Of a stretch of DNA of 64,000 bases, positions 27,227 to 38,135 are shown piece after piece. This DNA comes from a virus. A program made the position numbers and the translations under genes. Each line of letters opens with the position of its first letter. Within the stretch, counting starts at the first letter, position 1. Under the pieces are notes generated by a model, which worked only from the letters and a program-made list of their open reading frames with translations, was not told the origin of the DNA and made no database searches. The stretch covers positions 64,001 to 128,000 of IMG/VR virus record IMGVR_UViG_3300031414_000009, one strand, 5' to 3'.

Positions 27227-29347
27227 TTAGAATCTACGCACACGCATGGCTTTGGTACGAGCATCCTTAATGTCCTCTAAGAGTTCGTTCAGTGAGAAGC
27301 TTTCACCACCCATTGCTTTGATCTTAGTATTCAGAACGTTTAGTTTGTGTTCGAGTTTACTTACAACATACATGTTGGTTGTACTTTTTAACTCGTCAAC
27401 GACTTCGTCCAGTTCCTCACGATAAGCCTTCTGGAGTTCAGCTTCAGCTGCTGCACGGCGTTCTTCAGGAGTAGCCGCATCCGCCATAGTCTTCGACATA
27501 ATCGCACCACGAGGAATACCGTAGTGAGATAGGTTAGAAGCTTTCATGACAAACCAGAAGTTCAACAACCAACTGATTACCATGTCATCATGCCCAGATG
27601 CTTTATGGTCGATACGCCCGTTCTTAACAACGAGAGAAGTAATCTCATTGATGAGTGTTTTATCGCGAGTAACTCGACCAGCGCGTTTGGCCGCTTCTGG
27701 CAAAACTTCACCGTAAAGCGTCATGCGACTTTCAGCTGTCGTATTGAATCCAAACTTGTTACGTACGTCATCGTAGAAATAACTACCACGAGAACGAACC
27801 GGTGAGTTTACCATAGCCGCTGCATTTTTATCCACTTTCATCTCTTCAACAACCCAGTTGAAGATACGTTTAAATGGATCTATGCCTTGCAGTGGTAAAC
27901 GGAGTAACAAGGCATCAATCATTGTCTGTGCTGTAGACTTACGTTCAATGATCAGGGTAATGTTCGGATACTTAATTAGCAGTTCACCGATGTAGTCAGC
28001 AAACTTAATCAGGTTCGTCTCATTACAACGCCCCGCCCCGATAGTGCCCATATCGCGGATATCTGCAAATACCATCCCGATGGCATCTCGACCTACCGCT
28101 TCCGAGGTATCCATTCCGAGCAGGACATGCGAACTCTCCATGAACTTCTCGTGTTGGGCTTTAGGGATATGCCACCCGATGCTATAACCATCCTTACTGT
28201 ACTCGGTCCACAAAGGGTCGCGCTCAGAATCACGGATAATGTTGTTAAGCTCAGTTGACAGCGGCGAACGGAGTGAACCCGACGTCCAGCGGTTGAAGAA
28301 GTCACGGTCGGCCTCTTCACCTTTTGCACCGGAGTTCTGTAACGCGTCACGCAGCCATTCTTCAGTCAAGCCTAACTGGCGATAGCTCCACGTACCGTTG
28401 ATCATGATACGCGCGCCTTTCTTGCCGATACGTTTGATCAGCACACGTCGCAGTTCATCTTGATCTTTCAGGTCGTAGTATGACTCATCGAACACAGCAG
28501 CGTCAGAGAGCATCTCGTAGACATATGCGCCCTCACGGGTATCCTTCTTACCTGCCGTTGTTGTAAAGATGTTTGAGTATGGCTGGTCGTTCTCACGCGC
28601 AATCTGACGTGCCATTGTACCAGCAGCCAGAGCAGCAGGAATGGTGATGTCAATGTTTGAACAGAAGGGCACCTCATCGATATGCGTTACCTGACACGTA
28701 GATCCACGCCCCAAGTTTAACGCACCCGACTCTGTTTTCTGAGCCACCCCTGTCACGTAAGCATTACCTAACAGGTTGTAGGTCAGTTCTGACTGGTTAT
28801 CAGCATCCGCCCGGTCTTTCACCCAGAGGTAGGAAGGGAGCAGGTCACGGATTGCTTTTAAGCGGTCGATGTTAGAACGACGCAGCGCGTCATCCTTTGT
28901 AATCAGATAGATCTTCCCTTTATACATCGTGAAATACATCAGGTTGATACTGATGGTATCTGACGAACCAGACTTACCTGTCTGACGTGGCTGGATTAAC
29001 ATGTAGTCGATGTGGTTGTAGAAGCTCCAGATCAGACTAATGTTTGCACGGTTTGCTACGAAGCGACGCGGAACACTACCGGCTTCAAATCGTACAATCT
29101 CACGATAGTAATACCAGGGGTTAAACCGACACTCAATGGCGATCTTATTCTTAATCTCGGCTGGAAGGTCTGCCGCAAAAGGATCGACGTGTCTGAGTTC
29201 GGGCTGAAGTAATGACAGCATGAAAGTACAGTTACGTACACCCATTGCTTTGTACAGCTCTGCCATGTCCTTAAAGGACTGGTTACTGGTCTCCCAATGG
29301 ACGACAGCAGTAGGGTAGAGCTTCCAATCTTGTTCGAATAAAATCAT
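27227..29347 (-). CDS. terL: Terminase large subunit (phiKZ gp25-like)
   Basis: Walker A PRQTGKS, Walker B THIDE, coupling TTTAG, nuclease GMDTSE and GHDDMVISW; start moved to MILFEQ after GGAG. Confidence 0.92.
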   Translation of the reverse strand: MILFEQDWKLYPTAVVHWETSNQSFKDMAELYKAMGVRNCTFMLSLLQPELRHVDPFAADLPAEIKNKIAIECRFNPWYYYREIVRFEAGSVPRRFVANRANISLIWSFYNHIDYMLIQPRQTGKSGSSDTISINLMYFTMYKGKIYLITKDDALRRSNIDRLKAIRDLLPSYLWVKDRADADNQSELTYNLLGNAYVTGVAQKTESGALNLGRGSTCQVTHIDEVPFCSNIDITIPAALAAGTMARQIARENDQPYSNIFTTTAGKKDTREGAYVYEMLSDAAVFDESYYDLKDQDELRRVLIKRIGKKGARIMINGTWSYRQLGLTEEWLRDALQNSGAKGEEADRDFFNRWTSGSLRSPLSTELNNIIRDSERDPLWTEYSKDGYSIGWHIPKAQHEKFMESSHVLLGMDTSEAVGRDAIGMVFADIRDMGTIGAGRCNETNLIKFADYIGELLIKYPNITLIIERKSTAQTMIDALLLRLPLQGIDPFKRIFNWVVEEMKVDKNAAAMVNSPVRSRGSYFYDDVRNKFGFNTTAESRMTLYGEVLPEAAKRAGRVTRDKTLINEITSLVVKNGRIDHKASGHDDMVISWLLNFWFVMKASNLSHYGIPRGAIMSKTMADAATPEERRAAAEAELQKAYREELDEVVDELKSTTNMYVVSKLEHKLNVLNTKIKAMGGESFSLNELLEDIKDARTKAMRVRRF

Positions 29348-29375
29348 TGTTAAGACTCCATAGAGGCAAGGCACT

Positions 29376-29401
29376 GGGCGTAGGGGGAAACCCCTACGCC
29401 C
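29376..29401. terminator. GC-rich hairpin between a virion gene and terL
   Basis: GGGCGTAGGGG-GAAA-CCCCTACGCCC. Confidence 0.65.
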
Positions 29402-29406
29402 TTTGC

Positions 29407-31122
29407 TTAGCTGGTCTTAGTCGTGTTCAGATGATGCACAACGAGTGGTGAACTACCCAATTGCAGATCAACGTTAGCGAGGCGTTGGATAAACTGAATC
29501 ACAACAGACTCACCGACGTTCATTCCAGTACGCGACGCAATTGTAGCGTTCCAGGAACCGACAGGATACTCAGTAACGATATCGTTCATCACCAGACGGA
29601 AGTGGGTCGGTGTAGGTGCTTTCAGTTCCTCACCCTCGATGAACAGAGGCTGGGTACGATAGAACACCTGATCTAACCACAGGTCGAGCGATGTGATACC
29701 ACAGGAGATATCTACAGACCAGTTGCCGACTTTGTTGAAAGTGAAATCAGCAGACAGATTCATACCATATTCCTTATCTGCGTTCTGACTGTAGCGGAGA
29801 AGCCACGGCGTGTCGCTAGATAATGGATTACCCATGAGCGTAATGCCCAGGTTTTGGGTATGTAAATGCGGGTTCAGTGAAGGGTCAACTTTAGACACCT
29901 CGACAGAAACACCCAGGTCTTGCAGGATACCGTATTTGAGCGGACGGAAGGCCGGCGTGTTCGGGTTCCACTCGACGTATGGCGTTGCGTAGTACGCGCG
30001 CTTACGATCTGCGTTATACAGATACCATTCGATTTCATAGCCAACGAACTCGTTAACCCAGACAGGGATTGGGAACAGCTTGAGGCTATACGCACCTTCG
30101 GCTGCCACACTGCGAGCATTATACGCCTTAGCAATAAAGCGCTTAACGTTCTCACTGCCCACGATGCTGGATTCTTCATCGCTCAGGATATACGTCAGCA
30201 CCAACGGAATACGCTCGCCCTCGATTGTGGAGACGTATTGCTCCATACCTTCGAGTTTGACCTTACTGCCGTCGATTGGGTAATCCTGATAGCCGTCGTT
30301 AAAGTAAACACGGCACATCATCATCAGACTTTCGATGGTGGTGTTCAACGGAACGTTCAACACAGTCTTATCAGACTTATTGAGGTTCGGAGAAACCAGC
30401 TCGATGCCAGTAATAACGCGTTGTCCGATTTCGACTGGACGGGTAAATGTGGTTACTGAAGTGAACAGCACAGAGCGGCTCAGAACGCTACCGTCTTCAC
30501 CGTAGAACACAACAGTACACGGTTCACCCTCTTTCAGCGTGGTCGTCGTGTAAGCCTGTACAGCCACGTAGATTGCATCGTTAGTGATGTTGTTAGTGCC
30601 AACGAGTTCCAGTGGAATGTTCTCGTTAGGACTTACACCGTTACCGTCGTACCAGATACCGATTGGGGTATAACCTTCACCGGTATTATAACCACGGAAG
30701 ATCTTAGCCCATTTAGCTTCACGACCGTAGATATACAGCTGGCGGTCAATGTTCAGTGTGTGTGGCGTTACCGCACCATTGAAGTAGATACGCGAGCTTT
30801 CAGACTGGAACAGTCCTGGGCCAGAACCGAGAATGATGTCATAGTCGGTATCAGCATTTGGGTCTCGTGGCATGTACCAACGCTCCAGTCGAGACTCACC
30901 CGTGGTGTAGTCAACTTCCAGCACGCGCTTGATACCATTCTCCCAATCAATGACACCGTCGTCAGGATTGGGTACATACTTGCCCTTACCGTTCGGTCCG
31001 GTATAGATCTCACGGATATGCCACCAACGGAAGCCACGCTCTGAGTCGCGCTCCGGGATAGTATCCGTATTGGGATCTAACGTACCAATCGGTGGGTACT
31101 GAGTAGAATCGGTCATTGTCAT
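29407..31122 (-). CDS. Virion structural protein (phiKZ gp26 position)
   Basis: 571 aa beta-rich protein; synteny terL - three virion genes - sheath - tube. Confidence 0.75.
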   Translation of the reverse strand: MTMTDSTQYPPIGTLDPNTDTIPERDSERGFRWWHIREIYTGPNGKGKYVPNPDDGVIDWENGIKRVLEVDYTTGESRLERWYMPRDPNADTDYDIILGSGPGLFQSESSRIYFNGAVTPHTLNIDRQLYIYGREAKWAKIFRGYNTGEGYTPIGIWYDGNGVSPNENIPLELVGTNNITNDAIYVAVQAYTTTTLKEGEPCTVVFYGEDGSVLSRSVLFTSVTTFTRPVEIGQRVITGIELVSPNLNKSDKTVLNVPLNTTIESLMMMCRVYFNDGYQDYPIDGSKVKLEGMEQYVSTIEGERIPLVLTYILSDEESSIVGSENVKRFIAKAYNARSVAAEGAYSLKLFPIPVWVNEFVGYEIEWYLYNADRKRAYYATPYVEWNPNTPAFRPLKYGILQDLGVSVEVSKVDPSLNPHLHTQNLGITLMGNPLSSDTPWLLRYSQNADKEYGMNLSADFTFNKVGNWSVDISCGITSLDLWLDQVFYRTQPLFIEGEELKAPTPTHFRLVMNDIVTEYPVGSWNATIASRTGMNVGESVVIQFIQRLANVDLQLGSSPLVVHHLNTTKTS

Positions 31123-33677
31123 TAACCTTTGATTGTGACGAACTGGGTCAAGTCAACAGCACCGCTAAGGTAAAGCTGACAAATCCTTTCAAGGAACAGA
31201 TACTGACTGCGAGTCACTGTTCTCGTCTTAGCCCACGGATGCGGGTGAACGGTAACATACTCGAGGTCAACACCGTTTCTTGTTGGCTCATACTCAAGGA
31301 TATACTCATAGTCCTTCAGCGATTCCATAACTGTTTGATCTGGTGCGGGCATCTGTGGCGGATCGAACCACCCTTTCTGAATGTCAGAAATGAGTTTGGT
31401 AATGATCGGACTGAACAGACGATAACGCCATTTAGTGGTGGCCAAATCAGTGAAGGTTGGTGGATTCAGTTTGGTCATCAGATAGTCACCTACCCGCTTA
31501 TCCAAATCCTCAGCCTGTTCACGTAACACATCGCCATCGTAGTCAGTGATGCCTGGTAACGGAACATGCACGTCAGAGATCCAATACGGACGACCGTCCT
31601 CAACCGCAGCAGTTTCCTTTACGCGCACCCCGTAGCGCTGCTCAGCAAACACCAAATCATCCCGATGGAATGTTCTACCGTCAGCCACCACACGAATAAC
31701 GTGATCGTCGCGAATCTGGTAGATGCGGTCGTTTGAAAGAACGCCATGTTGAACGAAGCCGTAATCTGGAAATGGTCTCATCGTACCATCGGGTTGCGCC
31801 CAATCCGTACAACGGATATCGATGTTATTTTCACCATCGACATTCAACCACTCTTTGTTGACCACCACAATTTCTGGATAGTTGACAAAGAAGTCCAGGT
31901 TAGGAATCAAGCTGTGCCTATTAAGCCAAAGTTCGATCTTACCCACCGGAACTTCCAAGACCACACCCTGTACGTCAGTGTAGTTTAAATGGAAGCGGAA
32001 GAAACCGTCGTCCTGCTCCATGGTCAGACGATACGCCAGGAACTTGCTGTCGGTAACAGTGACGCAGACCTTACGCGATTCGTCGTAGAGCCACTCTACC
32101 ACCCCGTCAACGATCTTGTAGTAGCCATCGTCTTCAGTGATTTGTTTCCAGTTGTTCTTCGTTGCCGAGTTACGCACATCAGAAACATAGAAGCGATAGC
32201 TCTTAAGTGGATCTAACGTCAGATCAACCTTGCCATAATACGCCTCAACGTTTTGAGTGCCCTCACCAGAAATCCCTTCAACCAGTTCAGCATTACTGTT
32301 ACGTGGATAATAGCGCAACCCTGAGGTATGGCGATACCAACCCAACAGCAGACCATCAGCATCGTACTCGTAGACTGTCGAGTTGAGCTGAAGACCCCAT
32401 GGTAACTCCACGTAGTTAAACCCACCCGGAAGATGAATAACTTTCTGTGGTGTTTGACCCACGATTTCCGTCATGCTGTTGTGACCCAATGCAGTGATCG
32501 AATCGTCAGCATTCAGTTCGTGATACCAGCACGACATCAGGTACGTGTACATCGAACTTTCCAGCCAATCGGCGGTCCATTCTTTCAGCACGCTGTCAAG
32601 GCCCTGTAAACCACGCAGGATGTCTTTATCCGAAAGCTTATACAACTCATGGATTCGGTTAGCTTCGTGCACCAGTGGTCTTGCATAGCCCGATTCTCGT
32701 ACCTGAACACGGATGATCAGATTCTTCGCGTCGTTCTGCCAGACGGTGTCGTCCTTCACGAACCCTTTTACATAAGTAGAAGGAATCGAATAGTCGCGAT
32801 GCGTTACCATACGAAGCGAGTTCTCACGGTTGCGATGATAGTAAACACCATCGTAGTTTCCGTTTGACTCTTTCTTTATAAGGTAGATGTCGATGTCGTC
32901 TCGGAAGTAAATTTCCTCATCGCCGCGCTTAGGCGGATGCAGGATAAACTTGGCTAGCTTGTCCAGGCTTGACGTGAACGACGGGAGTGAGGACATAGGG
33001 AAGTCAATAACCGCTGCGATAGACGGATCGTAGAAATACTCAACGTAATCGCCCGGTTTAACTTTAGCAGTCGATACATTATTAACATAGCGACCGTTAT
33101 GCCAAATGTTGACGTAACCCACCTTTGGTTTGATCTCTTGGATTTCAGCCTGTAAAGCATTGATATCCGCCACGGTCTTCATCAGACCACCGCGACAAAC
33201 CAGCAGATCTCGTTTGTCTTCACCACGAGATGACCCAAAGTAAGCATCTGTATAGATGCGTAGATTCAGGTCTTCATTATTAAGGTCAGAAATGCGTAAC
33301 ATCTCCTTCACACACAGAACAAAGCTCTTATCGTGGGTACGACAAATGTACGCTTGTGTGCGTGGGAGTTGAACGCCGTTATTAAGGTAAAGGTCAGCGA
33401 CCATACCCTGAGTGGTACACAAGTCAGCCAACGTAATCCATGTACCGCGTTGAGGGAACAGGCCCAGCTCAATGGGGCAGTTCTGTCCGATCTCGTATAC
33501 GTGGTAAAGTGAATCGTCAGTTGGCAACGTGAGGTTTGTCCAGCCGTAGCTGAACCGGTGGCGAGAACCACCGAACTCAGTCAACCTTGCCAACTTGAAG
33601 ATAGCCTGACGGTCCTGTTTGGGACTGCACCAGATGTTCTTCGTGACAAAGTCAAGCATCTTTTCCTTGAGGTCCAT
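31122..33677 (-). CDS. Virion structural protein (phiKZ gp27 position)
   Basis: 851 aa, NIWCSPKQDRQ N-terminus; synteny. Confidence 0.75.
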   Translation of the reverse strand: MDLKEKMLDFVTKNIWCSPKQDRQAIFKLARLTEFGGSRHRFSYGWTNLTLPTDDSLYHVYEIGQNCPIELGLFPQRGTWITLADLCTTQGMVADLYLNNGVQLPRTQAYICRTHDKSFVLCVKEMLRISDLNNEDLNLRIYTDAYFGSSRGEDKRDLLVCRGGLMKTVADINALQAEIQEIKPKVGYVNIWHNGRYVNNVSTAKVKPGDYVEYFYDPSIAAVIDFPMSSLPSFTSSLDKLAKFILHPPKRGDEEIYFRDDIDIYLIKKESNGNYDGVYYHRNRENSLRMVTHRDYSIPSTYVKGFVKDDTVWQNDAKNLIIRVQVRESGYARPLVHEANRIHELYKLSDKDILRGLQGLDSVLKEWTADWLESSMYTYLMSCWYHELNADDSITALGHNSMTEIVGQTPQKVIHLPGGFNYVELPWGLQLNSTVYEYDADGLLLGWYRHTSGLRYYPRNSNAELVEGISGEGTQNVEAYYGKVDLTLDPLKSYRFYVSDVRNSATKNNWKQITEDDGYYKIVDGVVEWLYDESRKVCVTVTDSKFLAYRLTMEQDDGFFRFHLNYTDVQGVVLEVPVGKIELWLNRHSLIPNLDFFVNYPEIVVVNKEWLNVDGENNIDIRCTDWAQPDGTMRPFPDYGFVQHGVLSNDRIYQIRDDHVIRVVADGRTFHRDDLVFAEQRYGVRVKETAAVEDGRPYWISDVHVPLPGITDYDGDVLREQAEDLDKRVGDYLMTKLNPPTFTDLATTKWRYRLFSPIITKLISDIQKGWFDPPQMPAPDQTVMESLKDYEYILEYEPTRNGVDLEYVTVHPHPWAKTRTVTRSQYLFLERICQLYLSGAVDLTQFVTIKG

Positions 33678-33679
33678 CT

Positions 33680-34603
33680 TTAGCCCTCGTTTTGTTTAAG
33701 CAACAGCCCCAGTCCGTTCACGAAACGTTTATCTTCGCCATCGCGACCGAGACGTTGAACCAACTGACCGATCGGTGTATTGCGATACGTTCTTTCCTGA
33801 CAAGCAGCCCAAAGCATAGCAAGGAAGGTCGGTGGGTATTCAACCGCAACACCAACAACTTCACGCACAGCAGTGCTACCAAACCAGCTAGTCGCAATGG
33901 TGGTGAAAAGCAAACCAACTGTCAGACCACCCGCCCGAACACTGTTAAGCGTCTTAACGGCTTCAATGAATTCTTTCGCGTTGTTGATAGTTTTACCATA
34001 ACCGGAAAGAATATCGTAAACACGCATCTGCGGGATACGGGTCAAACGGTCAACTGCCTTCGAGTACATGGTACGCTCACGCTCATCAAGTTCACGTTGC
34101 GGACCGTCTTCAAACTGACATAAGAACCAGAATGCAGCTAACGCCTGAATAGCAATAGTCGTCTGAACATCCAGTGACAGTTTGTTAGCCAGTGTGTTTG
34201 CAATCCAGTTGGAGTACACGGTAGCCGGTAAGCTGCTGACATTCAGGAAGTCAGGAGTTGGTGTCTGATTCCATAGCTGTTGCAAACGAGCACGCATCAG
34301 GTTGAAAGGGACCGGGCCGCTGTTAGGCAGTTCTACGTTGGCCTCACCGATACGACGAATCTGAGAACGGTAAGGACGCAGGTCTACCGCTGTGTAAGTT
34401 TTGCGATCAACTACCGAGGTGAAAGTGATAGGGTGCGCAATGACCGGAACATCTGCATCGTTCAAAATGGAGAGGATAGCGGGCGCGTCAGGGATTAGCC
34501 CCGATACCAAGCTACCTTCCGTGCGTGCGACCTCAACGTCCTTAAATAGCCCACGAACGTCGTAGGGAGGAATCGCAGTCGCTTCATATGGACTTTTAAA
34601 CAT
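33680..34603 (-). CDS. Virion structural protein (phiKZ gp28 position)
   Basis: 307 aa, MF.SPYE.T start and A.EYPPTF motif; synteny. Confidence 0.75.
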   Translation of the reverse strand: MFKSPYEATAIPPYDVRGLFKDVEVARTEGSLVSGLIPDAPAILSILNDADVPVIAHPITFTSVVDRKTYTAVDLRPYRSQIRRIGEANVELPNSGPVPFNLMRARLQQLWNQTPTPDFLNVSSLPATVYSNWIANTLANKLSLDVQTTIAIQALAAFWFLCQFEDGPQRELDERERTMYSKAVDRLTRIPQMRVYDILSGYGKTINNAKEFIEAVKTLNSVRAGGLTVGLLFTTIATSWFGSTAVREVVGVAVEYPPTFLAMLWAACQERTYRNTPIGQLVQRLGRDGEDKRFVNGLGLLLKQNEG

Positions 34604-34644
34604 GGACTAATACCTCGTGTAGATGATAAATACTGTGTTATTTT

Positions 34645-34787
34645 TTACTAATGACTATGATGTGGTAAATCGCCTGAACCATAACATTTACACCTTACGG
34701 TGTCTCACTCTGGAGTGGTTGGCGGTTAGGTACACAAAGTTAGTAATAGTAGTAGTAGCTAAGTAATACACCGGTGTATTGATTTAG
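34645..34787 (+). promoter_or_regulatory. Structured leader upstream of the tail sheath gene
   Basis: Nested inverted repeats (AATCGCC/GGCGGTT, AACCA/TGGTT, ACACC/GGTGT, CACTC/GAGTG), palindrome AATACACCGGTGTATT, TATG at 34656. Confidence 0.5.
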
Positions 34788-34813
34788 TGATAATCCATCC
34801 AGGAGATTTGTTG

Positions 34814-36883
34814 ATGTCTCAAATTCAGAATGCGATGCCAAACGCAGTGCTACTGGGTGTCGATGACCAGTCTAAAAGGACGGTCCCTTATGAATCGAGC
34901 ACCATGCCGATTCACCTGCCGCATGTGTTTTTCTATGCGTCATGGGGTCCGACTGAACCTTTGCTGGCATTAGGCTCCACAGCGAACAACACGTATGGTC
35001 AGGCGACTTTCGAGCCGCGCAGCCCGTATACCACTCACCAATGGCCTCTGATCGAACGCATGTTCGCTCGTAGCAACGCGATGGTCTGTCAGCGCATTCA
35101 GCCTGATGACGCACCACCTCCTGCTACCATCGGCCTGTACCTGGATGTCCTGCAAACGGATATTCCACAGTACGAACGTAACAGCGACGGCAGTTTCAAG
35201 TTTGATGCTACTGGCGCTAAAATCTCGACTGGCAAGACTTCCCCTGGTGTGCGCATGCAGTGGATCATTGCTCCAGTTGCAGAAGGCAAGCTCGGTAAAG
35301 CGAAGAAAGTCCCTGGCTCACTGACTACGAAAGATGGTGGTACTTCTACTATCTATCCAATCCGTGAATTCCAGACCAGCTTCTTCGGCGCTGCTGGTAA
35401 CAACCGTGGTCTGGCGCTTTGGGCACCTACCATGGAATCCGACAACCCGGTTAACTCCCGCGTTGTTGCTGATCAGCAGGCACAACTGTATCGCATGCGT
35501 TTCGTAACGCGTGACAACGATCGCAGCTCTGGCAAATCTGTTCGTACCCAACAGGGTGCAGAATATGTTGAGTTCAGCTTCCGTGAAGACGTGGTTGACT
35601 CTAAGACCGGCGTTGAATATGGTTTCGACATTACTGTCCTCGACAGCTATCGTAACCTGAATGCGCGTAACGGTCAGCCTAAGCGCTGGGGTCCATTCAA
35701 CGCTACTTATGCCTACGAGCAGAACCTGGAAGACCTCCTGGAAATGCTGTACACCGTAGAGCAGCCGGTTAACGCCGAACTGCCAGCTGACGTAGAAGCA
35801 TCTGCGCACCACCTGATCAACTTCGTAAGCGGTGTTCACTACACCGGCGTTCCTTATTACGCTATCGAAGTGCTGGGTCCGAACGACGGCGCATCTGCAC
35901 TGTCTGAAAGCGCGACCTACTACGCAGGCGGCGGCGGTGACGGTACTATGTCTAAAGCAGCGTTCGATACCGCTGTTGGCGATATCTGCCAGGATTACGG
36001 TGAAGGCAAATGGGGTCTGGGCAACCGCCTGAAGTTCCCACAGAGCATGATCTATGATACCGGCTTCGACATCGACAACAAGTTCAAACTGCTGAACGTG
36101 CTGTCTGCTCGTAAAGACATTGCGGTTGTCCTGTCTACTCAGGATATCGCGCTGGAACAGAATGGTATCATCCAGGAAAGTTCCATGGCCGTGTCCCTGC
36201 AAACCCAGGCGAGTCTGCACCCAGAGTCTGAGTACTACGGTACTCCGGTAATGCGTGCTGTGATCGTTGGCCACTCCGGCTACCTGATCAACTCCAAATA
36301 CCGTAAACTGGTACCGCTGACTGTAGACCTGGCTGACAAGCTGGCTGCATACGCTGGTAACGGTCGTGGTATCCTGCTGCCAGGCGCTGCACCTGATGTC
36401 AACCCGAACAACATCGTCACTCTGTTGAAAGATGTGAACTGCACCTTCAAGAACGTTTCTGTCCGTAACGCGGATTGGGTAAACGGTCTGGTGTGGGTCG
36501 AGTCTTACGATCAGGACGACGCTCTGTTCTATCCGGCCCTGCAAACCGCATACAACGACGATACGTCTATTCTGAATAGCGTGCCGACGATGATGATCTG
36601 CGGCGAGCTGGAGAAAGTCTGCGTACGCGTGTGGGCACGTCTCACTGGTCGTAGCGACCTGACCTCAGAGCAGTTTGCACAGCGTTCTGATGAGCTGATT
36701 CAGGAACTGACCGAGCGTCGTTTCGATAATCGCGTTATCATCGTTCCTGAGACGTACTACACGACTCTGGATGAAGCGCGCGGTTACAGCTGGTCTTGCC
36801 GCATTAAGCTGTATGGCAACAACATGAAGACTGTGGGTAGCTTCACCATCGAAGCCCACCGTCAAGAGGAGCTTAGCGAATAA
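34814..36883 (+). CDS. Contractile tail sheath protein (phiKZ gp29-like)
   Basis: About 690 aa, strong codon bias, PIHLPH/WGP, YDTGF, PESEYYGTP and GYSW motifs; AGGAG RBS before MSQIQN; precedes the tube gene. Confidence 0.9.
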   Translation: MSQIQNAMPNAVLLGVDDQSKRTVPYESSTMPIHLPHVFFYASWGPTEPLLALGSTANNTYGQATFEPRSPYTTHQWPLIERMFARSNAMVCQRIQPDDAPPPATIGLYLDVLQTDIPQYERNSDGSFKFDATGAKISTGKTSPGVRMQWIIAPVAEGKLGKAKKVPGSLTTKDGGTSTIYPIREFQTSFFGAAGNNRGLALWAPTMESDNPVNSRVVADQQAQLYRMRFVTRDNDRSSGKSVRTQQGAEYVEFSFREDVVDSKTGVEYGFDITVLDSYRNLNARNGQPKRWGPFNATYAYEQNLEDLLEMLYTVEQPVNAELPADVEASAHHLINFVSGVHYTGVPYYAIEVLGPNDGASALSESATYYAGGGGDGTMSKAAFDTAVGDICQDYGEGKWGLGNRLKFPQSMIYDTGFDIDNKFKLLNVLSARKDIAVVLSTQDIALEQNGIIQESSMAVSLQTQASLHPESEYYGTPVMRAVIVGHSGYLINSKYRKLVPLTVDLADKLAAYAGNGRGILLPGAAPDVNPNNIVTLLKDVNCTFKNVSVRNADWVNGLVWVESYDQDDALFYPALQTAYNDDTSILNSVPTMMICGELEKVCVRVWARLTGRSDLTSEQFAQRSDELIQELTERRFDNRVIIVPETYYTTLDEARGYSWSCRIKLYGNNMKTVGSFTIEAHRQEELSE

Positions 36884-37755
36884 TGGCTAGACACACTGAT
36901 ACAATCATTGGCAAACACGCCTATGGTGAATATTCGCTCACTCCAATGGTAGATGTCGCGCAGGGTGCTCAGAACGGGCACATGAACGATTTCCGCTTTT
37001 GGGTAAACAACAGCGCCTACGTTCACCGTAACACTGTTGCGATTCTGGTGGAAGCCCCTCGTGGCTTCCGTGACCTGGAGTCTCCTCAGTACTGGGTTGA
37101 AGCACTCAAGGCGATCATTGAACGTCACTCTCAGCGTATCGAGGGTCTGCGTTCTACGATCACTGTAGAGAACGTTGAAAACGCAGTAGGTGGTGATGGC
37201 AACATGCAGGAAGACCTGTCTAACGTTACTCGTGAACGTAGCCAGCCGGTCCACACCCTTATCGAGAAATACGGCATGCCGTTTAACAAATTCCTCGAAG
37301 GCTGGATCACCAACCTGCTGATGGACCCGATTACGAAAGTGGCTAACGTCATTACTCGTAACCAGTCCAACCGCCCAACAGACATGCTGCCAGACTACAC
37401 GTCTGCAACTGTTCTGTACTTTGAGCCAGATCCGACGTTCACCACGATTCAGAAAGCATGGTTGTGCACCAACATGCGTCCGAAGACTGGTGGCCAGGTT
37501 GAAGGTATTCGTGACCTTACCCAAGGTGGCGAATCTCTGACCTACTCTGTGGAGTTCACCGCACTGACTCAGGTCGGCGTGGGCGTAATGAACTTCGCAC
37601 AGCGTGTCCTGGATAGCATGAACCTGACTGGTACTAACCCGAACCTGCGTGACGCATTCGTAACAGCTATCGACGCTGACGTGAATGCAGCAGAGGGTGG
37701 TTACGCGCAACAGGTGAATGAAGCTTCTCGTGAGTTCGTGAATCCGGCCAACTAA
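36883..37755 (+). CDS. Tail tube protein (phiKZ gp30-like)
   Basis: 290 aa coupled to the sheath; EPDPT...AWLCTNM.P motif. Confidence 0.88.
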   Translation: MARHTDTIIGKHAYGEYSLTPMVDVAQGAQNGHMNDFRFWVNNSAYVHRNTVAILVEAPRGFRDLESPQYWVEALKAIIERHSQRIEGLRSTITVENVENAVGGDGNMQEDLSNVTRERSQPVHTLIEKYGMPFNKFLEGWITNLLMDPITKVANVITRNQSNRPTDMLPDYTSATVLYFEPDPTFTTIQKAWLCTNMRPKTGGQVEGIRDLTQGGESLTYSVEFTALTQVGVGVMNFAQRVLDSMNLTGTNPNLRDAFVTAIDADVNAAEGGYAQQVNEASREFVNPAN

Positions 37756-37758
37756 GGC

Positions 37759-37818
37759 AAAAAAAAAATAAGCATAAGAGTCCTCCTACCCTTTTGGGTA
37801 GGAGGCTCTGTTTATGCC
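37759..37818. terminator. Bidirectional terminator cassette
   Basis: A-run, CCTCCTACCC-TTTT-GGGTAGGAGG, TTTATGCC. Confidence 0.85.
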
Positions 37819-38126
37819 GTTAACCAGCCAATCTCATCTTCACGCCAAAGAGTCTCTTTGCCGTCCTCTTCGGTTATAAAGAACTTCACACCAACTGGCA
37901 CCCATACGACTTCTAATCTCGGTGTGCTAAACTCACGTAGGTTCGGGAATAACATACGCGTTACTTCATCGACAGTCTCGCCAGATTCACCCAGAATGGC
38001 AAGGGCTAGTCGTGGGCAAAACACTGCCTCTTCGTTAGACTCCCCAGTGGCGTAGGTGCTCCAGTTCTCACCATACCCGGAACCGGTTATTACAGCCACC
38101 TTATCATCACGAATTAATTTTTCCAT
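37812..38126 (-). CDS. Conserved phage hypothetical protein
   Basis: KVAV...GYG..WST and W+P.G..F.I.E.DG.E pattern recalled from other phages. Confidence 0.7.
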   Translation of the reverse strand: MEKLIRDDKVAVITGSGYGENWSTYATGESNEEAVFCPRLALAILGESGETVDEVTRMLFPNLREFSTPRLEVVWVPVGVKFFITEEDGKETLWREDEIGWLTA

Positions 38127-38135
38127 TTGTATGCC

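Noticed and set aside
35318-36544. 408-aa antisense ORF inside the tail sheath gene
   Set aside because: Shadow of the strongly biased sheath codons, which leave few stops on the opposite strand; unprotein-like composition and no RBS
36862-37710. 282-aa antisense ORF over the tail tube gene
   Set aside because: Same shadow effect; fully overlaps a confident core gene
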